Below are positions 25,920-34,746 of a stretch of 36,665 nt of DNA, in pieces. Source of the DNA: Sandaracinaceae bacterium (GTDB lineage: Bacteria > Myxococcota_A > Polyangia > Polyangiales > JADJQN01); the NCBI GenBank assembly GCA_947483975.1, contig CANKOL010000007.1, positions 1 through 36,665 on the forward strand. The letters run 5' to 3'. Each line of letters starts with the position of its first letter. Position 1 is the first letter of the stretch. The notes under the pieces were generated by a model. The model did not search any database. It had not been told where the DNA came from and saw only the letters and a program-made list of their open reading frames with translations. The translations under genes were made by a program, and so were the position numbers.

Positions 25920-28508
25920 TCAGAGCGAGAGCGAGAGCGTGACCGCGTTGTCGAAGCGGTCGCGGATGCTCAGCGAGGTCGCCATCGCGACGTCCGCGTC
26001 CGTCAGCGACGCGGCGCCATCGACGACGGGCACGACGTGCTCGGTGCCGAGCGCCGCGGCGCCGTTGAACAACTGCACGCGCAGATCGCCCGCGCGCAGG
26101 CGCGTCACCGCGCCCGGCGCCGTGTGCGCGTCGATCATGCGGAACGCCTTGGCGACCGCGGGGTAGCTGAGCGCCGAAAGATCCACCGTGGTGCCGGTGC
26201 GCGCGGCGGTGCCGGTGAGCGTCGCGGCGACGACCTCGAACGGCGCGCTGTCGAGCGTGTAGCCCGTACCCGCGACGTGGAAGCGATAGCGCCCGAGCGG
26301 CAAGCCCGCGCGGTCCGCGACGGCGGGAAGCGCGGCGTCACCGACCGGCACGACCGCCTGCCACTCGGCCACCCAGTAGTGCGTGCGCGGAGCCGTGCCG
26401 ACACGAACGAGGGGGTCAGGCGTGTGGATCAGGAGCAGATCCTCGTCGTGGACGGGGCGCCCGCTGCGGCGCGTGACCGTCTCGAACGTGCCGGGCGTGG
26501 TGCTGCTCTCGCGCTCGAGCCCGATCAGCGGCGTACCCGCGAGCGGGTCCTCGCCGATGAACACGAAGCGCGCGACGTCGAGCCGCGAGATCGTCGCGGC
26601 AGGCTGCGCCGCGGGGAGCGTCTCGCCGGCCGCCTGACGCCAGTAGACGAGCCCAGGGATCGTCGCCGGCACCGTGCCCGCGAGCGGCGCAGCGTCGGGC
26701 GGAGGCAGGTGGTCGTCGCGCATCGGCGTCGGCCAGTGATTCGTGCCGCCCGCGGCGCCGTCCTCGCGCGCGTCCGTGACGGCGAGCTGCGCGAGCTCGA
26801 GGAGCTTCTCCGCGACGTACTCGCCCTCGAGCGGTCCCCAGAACGTGATGTTCGGCTCGTAGCCGCCGCGGAGCCAGTCCTCCGGCGTCAGCACATAGCC
26901 GATGCTGCCCTGCGCGTAGCCGAGCACGACGGTGTGATCGGCGGGGTACGGGGAGCCGTTGCGCACGACGTCCGCGAGCAGCTGCGTAGACTCGCCCGGG
27001 ATCGTCGTGAAGAGGTAGTCGCCGAGGCGCAGCGCCGAGACCATCGTGCGCGTCGTCGCGCAGACCGGCGACTCGAACGCCGGCAGATCGAACACGGTGC
27101 CGAGGATCGGCGCGGCCTCCTCGATCTTCGTGCAGGAGCGGTACATCGGCAGCATATCGGCGCCGGGGAGCCGCCCGCTGAACACGATCGGCCCCATCTC
27201 CGGGTTGCCGCACAGCGCGGCGCCGCGCGGCGCGTTGAACTCGTCGATGGGCGACGCGATCGCGCCGGTGCTGGTGTAGACGACTCCGTCGCAGCGCGTG
27301 CGCCCGTCCCACGGCGAATAGCGCAGCGCGCCGCCACGGATCGTGAAGGTCTCCCAGTTGGGCCCTAGCTCCACGACGCGAGAGAGCATCTCCATCTTCG
27401 TCTCGGTCATCATCGACGCGGACGTGGCCTCCCAGAGCGCGAGGATCTCGCCGCGCGCGTTGATGCCCGTCTGCTCCGCGTTCGCGAAGGTGCAGCCGTA
27501 GTCGCCGCCGCAGTCGAAGTCCGCGCCGCCCGGCGAAACATCACCGCCCGAGCCTTGCAGGTGCATGACCATCACGTGCTCGTCGAACGATTCTTCGACC
27601 GCGCGCTCCACCGCGCCGAGCGCGTCCGTCGAGGCGAGCGGGTTGTTGCCGTCGTTGAGCGTCCCGTGCACGCCGAAGATCGGCACGATCGCGAGCGGGC
27701 TGTCGTCGAGCCGATCGACGCGCAGCACGTAGAGGTCCGTGTCCTTGCGATCGCCGCGCGGGAGGTCGTTGTTGACGCCGCGACGGTCGTGCGTGACAGC
27801 GTTCGTCGGGTCGAAGTCGGGGTTGTGGCCGATGCCGAACTTCACGTCCTGGCGCGTGTCGAGCGCCTCTTGCGCCGCAGCGACCGCGCGCTCGACGATG
27901 CGGTCGTAGACCGTGCGGCGAAAGACGCCGAAGCCGATCTGCAGCGCGTCATCGGCCGTGAACTGCCCCCAGCCCGAGTGCGTGTGGCTGATCTGCACGA
28001 CGACCTTGCCGTGGAAGTCGGCGCCGAGCCCTTCCTCGATGTCCATCGTCATGCCGTCGTACGCATCCCCGATGTCGAGGTTCATCAGCACGACCGTCTC
28101 ATCGCCCGCCGTGATCGCGAGCGCCTTCACCTGCGGCGCCGTCTGGATTCCGACCGACGGCATCCACGAGCCCGCGATCTCCTCGAAGCGACGGTCGACC
28201 TTGCTGTCGCCTTCGCCGCGCGCGGTGAACGCGCCGAGGCCCGTGCCGACCGGCACGTCGAGGCGCCGCTCGCCGACACCGGCGCGGATCGTTCCCGTCG
28301 TCACGGTGCCGCCCGCGCGCGCGGTCGCGGGCACCGGCGTGTAGGCGCAGTGCGCGGTGCTCGCGGGCACCGGCGGACCGAGGTCCGTGCCGCCGTCCAC
28401 GACGACGACGGGCGGTGCGACATCGTCATCGCCGCACGCGGGCAGCGCGAGCAGCGCACTCAGAGCAACGAAGGAGAGACGGCGGAAGGAGGATTGCGGC
28501 AGCTTCAC
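25920..28508 (-). CDS. Neutral/alkaline ceramidase-like lipoprotein
   Basis: Lipobox LPAC-GDDD; VKALAI, SHTHSG, FGVHGT, QGSGGDVSP, TIPGE, LGYAQGSIGY, GGYE; start placed at GTG 28508 (ATG 28529 is the alternative). Confidence 0.8.
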   Translation of the reverse strand: MKLPQSSFRRLSFVALSALLALPACGDDDVAPPVVVVDGGTDLGPPVPASTAHCAYTPVPATARAGGTVTTGTIRAGVGERRLDVPVGTGLGAFTARGEGDSKVDRRFEEIAGSWMPSVGIQTAPQVKALAITAGDETVVLMNLDIGDAYDGMTMDIEEGLGADFHGKVVVQISHTHSGWGQFTADDALQIGFGVFRRTVYDRIVERAVAAAQEALDTRQDVKFGIGHNPDFDPTNAVTHDRRGVNNDLPRGDRKDTDLYVLRVDRLDDSPLAIVPIFGVHGTLNDGNNPLASTDALGAVERAVEESFDEHVMVMHLQGSGGDVSPGGADFDCGGDYGCTFANAEQTGINARGEILALWEATSASMMTETKMEMLSRVVELGPNWETFTIRGGALRYSPWDGRTRCDGVVYTSTGAIASPIDEFNAPRGAALCGNPEMGPIVFSGRLPGADMLPMYRSCTKIEEAAPILGTVFDLPAFESPVCATTRTMVSALRLGDYLFTTIPGESTQLLADVVRNGSPYPADHTVVLGYAQGSIGYVLTPEDWLRGGYEPNITFWGPLEGEYVAEKLLELAQLAVTDAREDGAAGGTNHWPTPMRDDHLPPPDAAPLAGTVPATIPGLVYWRQAAGETLPAAQPAATISRLDVARFVFIGEDPLAGTPLIGLERESSTTPGTFETVTRRSGRPVHDEDLLLIHTPDPLVRVGTAPRTHYWVAEWQAVVPVGDAALPAVADRAGLPLGRYRFHVAGTGYTLDSAPFEVVAATLTGTAARTGTTVDLSALSYPAVAKAFRMIDAHTAPGAVTRLRAGDLRVQLFNGAAALGTEHVVPVVDGAASLTDADVAMATSLSIRDRFDNAVTLSLSL

Positions 28509-28565
28509 GCCGACGATGGTACGCCGCATCGCTCGGTCGACACCAGAGTCTCCGACAGAAAAGCC

Positions 28566-28593
28566 TTGACTCGCCTTCTGAGCGGCATATTGT
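28566..28593 (+). promoter_or_regulatory. Sigma70-type promoter of the cold-shock gene
   Basis: TTGACT (28566-28571), 16 nt spacer, TATTGT (28588-28593); implies a 5' UTR of about 165 nt. Confidence 0.6.
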
Positions 28594-28764
28594 CGGGCCG
28601 CCTTTGGGGGTTTCGATGTTCATCGAAATGGCTGCGGCTCAAGTCGAAGCGTGAAGCTTCCGGGGGCGTAGGCGCGGGGGGAATCTCCTCCACGCCAGGA
28701 GTTAGGCGCGCGGGAAGGATTCCTGCGCGTCGGGCGGAGACCCCGCCAAGCCGGAGGAAGTAGG

Positions 28765-28989
28765 ATGGCTGTCGGAACGGTTAAATGGTTCAACGATGCC
28801 AAGGGCTTCGGGTTCATCCGTCAGGACAACGGGCCCGATGTGTTCGTGCATTACTCCCAGATCATCGGCGACGGTTTCCGTACGCTCGAGGAGGGAATGG
28901 CGGTCGAGTTCGAGATCAAAGAGGGGCCCAAGGGGCTGCTCGCCGAGCGTGTGACCCGCTCTGCCGGCGGCGCCAGCGCGAGCGCCTGA
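28765..28989 (+). CDS. cspA: Cold-shock protein, CspA family
   Basis: [15 protein letters not shown] and DVFVHYSQI (RNP1/RNP2); GGAGG upstream. Exact paralog identity is not determinable. Confidence 0.96.
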   Translation: MAVGTVKWFNDAKGFGFIRQDNGPDVFVHYSQIIGDGFRTLEEGMAVEFEIKEGPKGLLAERVTRSAGGASASA

Positions 28990-29061
28990 GCTCAACGGGG
29001 GGCATCCACGGCCGACTCCGACGGGCGAGCAAGCGTCCGCTCGAAGCAGGCCACCAAGAGT

Positions 29062-29098
29062 AAAGGGCCGCGCGAATCTCGCGTGGCCCTTTCTTTTT
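29062..29098 (+). terminator. Rho-independent terminator of the csp gene
   Basis: AAAGGGCCGCGCGA-ATC-TCGCGTGGCCCTTT stem (one G-U pair) followed by CTTTTT; lies between convergent genes. Confidence 0.88.
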
Positions 29099-29163
29099 GT
29101 CGGTGACGATCGTGGGTGCCGCGCGACCCGCCGCAAGCAGCGAGGCGCGCCGCTCGCGGGCGC

Positions 29164-29595
29164 TCAGCCAGCGACGTACTTCTCTTGGGAGAGCGCCCAG
29201 AGCACCTCGCTCACGGCGTCTTCGATCGAGCCGACCGACTTCGCGAACGTGACCTCGTGCCAGACGTCGAGGATCTTCTGCGCGTCGATCGGGTCGGTCA
29301 CCTCGGTGGTGCCCGCGCTCTTCTCGGCGTAGCCGCGTGCCGACGCGGCGAGCCCCACCGTGCCGCGCACCTTGGCGAAGAGTTGGTCGGGCGCCTCGTG
29401 CGGGTAGTCGCTGCGCTGCGAGCGCGCGGTGAACACCACGGCGGAGGTATCGGCGATCGAGATACGGATCCCCGAGTCCATGATGTGAAGCCGAACGCGC
29501 TCCGCGATCTGGATCTCCTCGGGACGAGTCCGGTAAATCTCCACGCCCGCCGCTACGAGGGCCTGCTTGACTGCCTGGAGATCGCTGTTCTGCAC
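29164..29595 (-). CDS. Hypothetical protein
   Basis: 143 aa from GTG 29595 (AGAAGGA upstream); globular composition (AERVRLHIMDSGI...DPIDAQKILDVWHEV). Confidence 0.7.
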   Translation of the reverse strand: MQNSDLQAVKQALVAAGVEIYRTRPEEIQIAERVRLHIMDSGIRISIADTSAVVFTARSQRSDYPHEAPDQLFAKVRGTVGLAASARGYAEKSAGTTEVTDPIDAQKILDVWHEVTFAKSVGSIEDAVSEVLWALSQEKYVAG

Positions 29596-30025
29596 CGGTC
29601 CGTTCCTTCTCTCCCCCCCGCCATCCTCACGCGCGAGCCTCGACCGGCCGACGCAGGGACACTGTAGCAAAAGTCGCTCCTCCACGGCAATGGAGTAGGC
29701 ACGCGACACGCCGGTTCCGTCCGGGCGCTCGCGAGCGAGCCTCCGCGGCGGCTGGGCGACGATGCGCCCGAGGTGCGCCGGACCGTGAGCCAGAGGCGAC
29801 ACGTTCGTAACCGCAGCGCGTCAGAAATGTCACGGTTGGTGTGACGCACTACCGCCCACACCTCGCTCAATCACCGACCGACGTTGACGCAGCGCGTCCA
29901 TGAATGCTAGAAAATGCCATCGATAGCGGCGACGGCGCGTCCAAACGCACCAGCGCCGCCGTCTGGCCCATCCATTGCTTTACCGGGCCACAGTGTACGG
30001 GGCTGCCCCCGCAGGAGACACTTCC

Positions 30026-30352
30026 ATGCTGCGCGATCAACAGGCCCAGGCTTCCCTTGCGACCGTCCTCGAGGACGAGGACGGACTCGATCCTCGGCGG
30101 ATGGCGCAGCGCTGTGCCGTCCACGCGGGCGTCGAGTCTGTGGCGCCGCCGGGCGCGTCGGGCGTCGTGCTCAACGTGAGCGTCGGCGGTCTACGCATCG
30201 CCCTCGACCGCGCGCTGCCGGTCGGCGAGGTCTGCTTGCTCCGCGTCGAGCACGAGCCCGGCAACGTGACGCTCGAGCACGCCCGCGTCGTCTGGGTGAA
30301 GCTGAAGGCCGACGGCTGCGTCGTCGGCCTAGAGTTCGTCACCGCGCACTGA
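30026..30352 (+). CDS. Stand-alone PilZ domain protein
   Basis: RMAQR (RxxxR) and NVSVGG (D/NxSxxG) c-di-GMP motifs, ARVVW, GLEF; AGGAG upstream of ATG 30026. Confidence 0.88.
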   Translation: MLRDQQAQASLATVLEDEDGLDPRRMAQRCAVHAGVESVAPPGASGVVLNVSVGGLRIALDRALPVGEVCLLRVEHEPGNVTLEHARVVWVKLKADGCVVGLEFVTAH

Positions 30353-30421
30353 CGACGGGTCGGACGCGCTCCCAGAGCGCGCTGCGCGAGCGAGGCCGTC
30401 CTCGCCCGCGCAATCGGGGGA

Positions 30422-33400
30422 TCAGAGGTTGGCGGCGCCGGGGGTGACCGTGGACGTGAAGACCCAGTCGGTCTGGTCGTCCGCGCTGTCGTTGCCATTG
30501 GGCATCCGCGCGAGCGAGCCGACGGCCGTGTTGGAGTCAGCGGCGAGCGTGCGGCGTCCGGCCACGAGCGCGACCGCGGGGCCGCCCATCGTCACGGCCG
30601 CGGTGATCGCGCTCTCGTAGGAGAGCGCGTCGATGACGGCGCCGGTCGCGGTGTCGATCAGCGCGATGGCGTCGCCGGGGTCGGTCGCGGCGGTTCCGCC
30701 GTTCTGCACGGCGGCGAGCGAGATGACGGTCGTTCCTGCGGGGACGACGACCGCGGCCGACGCGAGCATCAAGTACGCGTGGCCGGCGAGCGAGCCGGTC
30801 AGCGGATAGGTCCCGTAGATCGACGTCGCGCCGCTGCCGTTGATCAGGACGACGGAGAGTCCGGTGAGCGTTCGCGCCGTGGCGCTCGGGTTGTAGATCT
30901 CGATGAACTCGGTGGTGTCGGTCCCGACCTGGTCGTAGTCGACCTCGTTGATGACGAGGTCTGCGGGCGGAGCAGCGACGACCGAGACGTCCGTGCCGAA
31001 GACCGCGAGGTCGAGCGTCGCGCTGACGTGCACGGTGGCCACCGCGGCGCCCGCCGTGAAGGTGAAGGTCGCGCTCAGCGCGTCCGCAGGGATGAGCACG
31101 GTCGCGGGCACCGTGCCGCCGGTCCCCGAGGCGAGCAGAACGGTCGTACCGCCGACGGGCGCGGGGAGGTTCAGCGTGACGGTGAAGGTCGCCATGCCAT
31201 CGATGCGCACGGTCGGCAGGAGCGGCGTGAGGCTCGTCAGCACGGGCACTTCGGTCGCACCGATCACGCGCACGGCGGCCGTCCGCGGCGTCCCGTCGAG
31301 GGTCGCCGTGACGGTGTATGGAGTGGCCGACATCGTCACGCCCGTGACGGGCACGACGACGCTGGTCGCGCCGGTCGGCACGACGACGTCCGCGACGACG
31401 AGCCCCGCGGCGCTCGAGGTCACCGTCACGGTCGTCGGCGCGGTCGCCGCGCGAGAGAGACGCACCGTCAGCGGCGCCGGGAAGGTGGGCGCCGCGACGC
31501 TGCCGACGCGCGTGAAGGTGAGCGCGGGCTCGAGGGCGACGATCACGGGCACGCCGCTCGAGACGACGTCGGCGGCGCTGCGCGGGAGCAGCTTGCTGTC
31601 GCCGTTGCGCAGCGCGAGCACGCCGGTGATGGACGAGTACGTGTCGCCGACGACGGGGAACGGCGTCGTGAGGTAGGCGAAGTCGTCGACGCGCAGGCCA
31701 TCGGCGACGAACTCGTTCGTCGGCGCGACGTCGGAGACGCCTGGCGCAGGCGCGATGTCCGTGACCGTCACGGCGCCGGTCTGCACGAGCACGCCCTCGA
31801 GGGCCGCCGCGCGCGCGCCGCCCGTCGTCAGCTCGGCCGTCGTCGCCGCGACGGGCGCGGGCAGCTCGTGGCCGCTCGACACGATCACCACCGTCGCGGT
31901 CGAGAGCTCGATCTGCCCATTGAAGACCGCGACCGTCGCGGTCGTCAGGTCGACGAGGTCGCCCATCGCCGCGGTCGGGGCCGCGCCCGTGTAGACGAAC
32001 ACGCCCGAGTTGTCGAAGCCGAGGTCACCCAGCGAGCCGGGCACGACCTGCATGAAGAAGCCGTTCGGACCGACCGCCGTGACGACCGCACCGCGGATGC
32101 CGACGAGCGCGCCGACGGCCACTACGCCGGTCTTCACGTCGTAGATCGTGCCGGGGCACGCGCTGCCGCCGGGGTTCGCGACCATCGGGCACGCGTCACA
32201 GAGGTCACCGAGGAGATCGCTGTCCGCGTCCGCCTGATCGGCGTTCGGGATCGACGCGCAGTTGTCGACGGCGTTGAGCACGCCGTCGCGATCGGTGTCG
32301 TTCGGGTTCACCGTGCTGCAGACGGTGGTGTCGGCGTCGAGCGGGCAGACGTCGCAGGAGTCGCCCGCGCCGTCGAGGTCGAAGTCCGCCTGCACGCCGT
32401 TGTCGAGCGGACGCACCGGGTTGAACACGCGCGGGCAGTTGTCCATCGCGTCGGGGAAGCCGTCGCCGTCGCCGTCCGTCCCGTCGATCACGCCCGTGTA
32501 ACGCGTGGAGCCATTGACCACGGGCGAAGGGGTCGCGCCGTTGCGGTCCGGAACGCACGAGGGCTCGTTGTCCGGCGCTCCGCAGAAGAAGAGCCCGTAC
32601 GCGGTGCCCTTCGCCACGGTGAGCGCGGCGAGGGTCTGCCCCGCTTCGCGCATCACGCACACGCGCTTCGGCGTGCCGCACACGTCCAAGGTGTCGCACG
32701 TCGCGCCGCCGGCAGGCATCGCCTCGATCAGCGCCGCGTCGCCGTAGAGCGGCGTGCCGCCGCGCACGACGAGCATCACGTCCGCGGGCTCGGCGTCGAT
32801 CACCGCGCGGTGGTCGGTGTGCACGCGCGCGTCGAAGATCGCGAGGTCCGCCACCTTGCCGACAGCGATCGTGCCGATCACATCGTCGACCGCGAGCGCC
32901 GCCGCAGAGTCGCGCGTCGCCATCAGCCAGAGCTGCTCGTCGGTGAAGAAGTTGTCGTAGTAGAGCGAGTTCAGCTCATCCGCGCACTGAAGCTCGCGGA
33001 GCATGTTCATCGAGCCGGTCGGGGTCCAGTCCGTGCCGAGCGCGATCTGCACGCCGAGGCGCGCGAACTCGGTCACGCGCGCCGTGTCGCCGTAGAGCGT
33101 GATGTTCGAGCGCGGCGACCAGATGAGCGCGGTGCCGTCGGTGCCCATCTCTGCGATGTCCGGCGGCAGGAGCCCGACGCCGTGGATGAACGCGCTCTGC
33201 GGCTGCACGAGGTCCGTCGTGCCCGCGCGCATGCAGAGGAACTCGTTGCGCGCGACCGAGTCGATGCCCTCGGCGACGTGCGGCGTGTACGAGGCGAACC
33301 GGCTGATCGACGCCGTCGTGCTGACGCCGGGATAGCCGCAGCCCATCTCGGGCGTGAGCTGCGTGCCGGCGGAGTCGCCGAGCGGGAAGGTGTCGTACTC

Positions 33401-34090
33401 GGCCGCGGGCTGACCGAGGCCCTCGCTCAGCGCGCCGTCGAGGTTGCGGAGCATCCCCGCCGCGCTGCCCGAACCGTTGATGCTGGTGCCGCCGCCGAGC
33501 ACGAAGCGCAGCTCGCCCCAGGTCATCTGAGCGGCCGAGGCCCCGCCCGCCGCGGGGATACTGTTGTGTCCGCGGAGATGCTTGCGCCAGTCGTGGCGCT
33601 GCTCGTAGCGCTCGTCGGTGCGGTTGTACGGGGAGTTCTGCGTGAAGGTCAGGTGGTCATGCGCGTTGACGAGGCCAGGCGACACGACGCCGTTCGGGCA
33701 GACGATGGCCGTCGCCCCCGCGGCGCTCGCGGCGCTCGCGCAGTCACAGCCGACGCACTCGATGGTGCCGCCCGCAGAGACGGCGACCTGCCCGCCGCGG
33801 AAGATCTCGCCCGGCGTGAGCACGTCCGCGGTGATCAGCATCGCGGCCGTGCCGGCGGTGATCTCACAGCGCCCGCCCGCCGCAGGGGGCAGCGCGTCGC
33901 CAGGGCAGATGGTGATCCGCGGGCCGACGACGGGCATTCCGCCGTCCGGCACGGCGCTGTCGCCGAGGTCCACTCGGCCGCCGTCGTTCGGCGTGGGTCG
34001 AACATCGTCGTCCCCACAGCCAACCAACCCGACGCCGACGAGTGCTGCTGCGAGCACCACCGAAATCACTCGAACGTTCTGCGCGCGCAT
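30422..34090 (-). CDS. Large lipoprotein: amidohydrolase domain, thrombospondin type 3 repeats, OB-fold, Ig-like repeats, lamin tail domain
   Basis: Lipobox LVGC-GDDD; PGLVNAHDH, HVAEG, IHGVG, ALGTD, GKVADL; DGDGDG..D..DNCP..NP repeats; VVTAV..NGFFMQ..SGVFVY..GDLV; LVINEVDYD...EFIEIYN. Confidence 0.85.
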   Translation of the reverse strand: MRAQNVRVISVVLAAALVGVGLVGCGDDDVRPTPNDGGRVDLGDSAVPDGGMPVVGPRITICPGDALPPAAGGRCEITAGTAAMLITADVLTPGEIFRGGQVAVSAGGTIECVGCDCASAASAAGATAIVCPNGVVSPGLVNAHDHLTFTQNSPYNRTDERYEQRHDWRKHLRGHNSIPAAGGASAAQMTWGELRFVLGGGTSINGSGSAAGMLRNLDGALSEGLGQPAAEYDTFPLGDSAGTQLTPEMGCGYPGVSTTASISRFASYTPHVAEGIDSVARNEFLCMRAGTTDLVQPQSAFIHGVGLLPPDIAEMGTDGTALIWSPRSNITLYGDTARVTEFARLGVQIALGTDWTPTGSMNMLRELQCADELNSLYYDNFFTDEQLWLMATRDSAAALAVDDVIGTIAVGKVADLAIFDARVHTDHRAVIDAEPADVMLVVRGGTPLYGDAALIEAMPAGGATCDTLDVCGTPKRVCVMREAGQTLAALTVAKGTAYGLFFCGAPDNEPSCVPDRNGATPSPVVNGSTRYTGVIDGTDGDGDGFPDAMDNCPRVFNPVRPLDNGVQADFDLDGAGDSCDVCPLDADTTVCSTVNPNDTDRDGVLNAVDNCASIPNADQADADSDLLGDLCDACPMVANPGGSACPGTIYDVKTGVVAVGALVGIRGAVVTAVGPNGFFMQVVPGSLGDLGFDNSGVFVYTGAAPTAAMGDLVDLTTATVAVFNGQIELSTATVVIVSSGHELPAPVAATTAELTTGGARAAALEGVLVQTGAVTVTDIAPAPGVSDVAPTNEFVADGLRVDDFAYLTTPFPVVGDTYSSITGVLALRNGDSKLLPRSAADVVSSGVPVIVALEPALTFTRVGSVAAPTFPAPLTVRLSRAATAPTTVTVTSSAAGLVVADVVVPTGATSVVVPVTGVTMSATPYTVTATLDGTPRTAAVRVIGATEVPVLTSLTPLLPTVRIDGMATFTVTLNLPAPVGGTTVLLASGTGGTVPATVLIPADALSATFTFTAGAAVATVHVSATLDLAVFGTDVSVVAAPPADLVINEVDYDQVGTDTTEFIEIYNPSATARTLTGLSVVLINGSGATSIYGTYPLTGSLAGHAYLMLASAAVVVPAGTTVISLAAVQNGGTAATDPGDAIALIDTATGAVIDALSYESAITAAVTMGGPAVALVAGRRTLAADSNTAVGSLARMPNGNDSADDQTDWVFTSTVTPGAANL

Positions 34091-34184
34091 CGAATACCTG
34101 CCCTTGGAAGAATTGGCAGGTAATGGGAGATGGGGCCTCTAGGGTCAAGCGAGGCCCGCGAACCTGCGCGCCGGCGCGCGCCTC

Positions 34185-34469
34185 TCAGAGCGTCTCGACG
34201 CTCTTGAGCATCTCGTTGATGTAGTGCACGCGCGGCTGGATCAGCGTGTCGCGGCGCGTGCGGCGCAGGACGCTGATGCCGCTGACGTCGGGCCCCTGCG
34301 TGCCGCCCGAGACGGCGTGATCGTCGAACCGATACTCGGTGACCGGCGCGCCTCCGTTGGCGGGCGTGCGCGAGGTCCCCGGGCGGGGCTCCTGCGCCAG
34401 CGCGCCTCCGACGGTGAGAGAAGCCGCCAGGAGGGTGAGAGCGAGAGCAGCAGCGAGCGTCTTCTTCAT
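34185..34469 (-). CDS. Small secreted CglF/GltF-like (gliding motility family) protein
   Basis: Signal peptide (ALA-Q), GAGGAG RBS; C-terminal Y.FDD..V.G....P......R.....LI.PR..Y..EMLKSVE.L pattern as recalled for the CglF family. Confidence 0.65.
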   Translation of the reverse strand: MKKTLAAALALTLLAASLTVGGALAQEPRPGTSRTPANGGAPVTEYRFDDHAVSGGTQGPDVSGISVLRRTRRDTLIQPRVHYINEMLKSVETL

Positions 34470-34547
34470 GGGCGTCTCCTCGGCGGCCGGGACTGCGGCG
34501 CGCACAGTGGACGCCAGACGGACGACCGCCGCGGATGGTCTCTCCGT

Positions 34548-34630
34548 CCGACCTCAACCTTGGTCATCCGCTCGCGCAGCCTTGGTCACCCGCTCGCGGC
34601 GCCGACCTCAACCTTGGTCGTGCGCTTCCG
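34548..34630 (+). repeat. Cluster of REP-like direct repeats upstream of the RAYT
   Basis: CCGACCTCAACCTTGGTC at 34548-34565 and 34602-34619; partial copy CCTTGGTCACCCGCTCGCG at 34580-34598 echoes CCTTGGTCATCCGCTCGCG of the first copy. Confidence 0.85.
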
Positions 34631-34718
34631 CATGCGACGCCGCCGGCGGCCTGGCGGCGGCCGCCAGCGATTCCGCCAATTGGCCTCCGTAACCCTTTGA
34701 AATCACACGCCCGCTCTC

Positions 34719-34734
34719 CGGCACACGCCCTGCT
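34719..34734 (+). promoter_or_regulatory. Sigma54-like -24/-12 promoter upstream of the RAYT
   Basis: CGGCACACGCCCTGCT: GG at 34720-34721 and GC at 34732-34733 with the canonical 10-nt spacing of TGGCAC-N5-TTGC. Confidence 0.4.
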
Positions 34735-34746
34735 CTGCGTCCGCGC

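Noticed and set aside
28600..28760. tRNA or riboswitch in the csp leader
   Set aside because: No cloverleaf, T-loop GTTC or recognisable aptamer consensus by eye.
30779..34123. 1114-aa plus-strand ORF
   Set aside because: Arg/Gly-rich mirror of the amidohydrolase lipoprotein; no motifs of its own.
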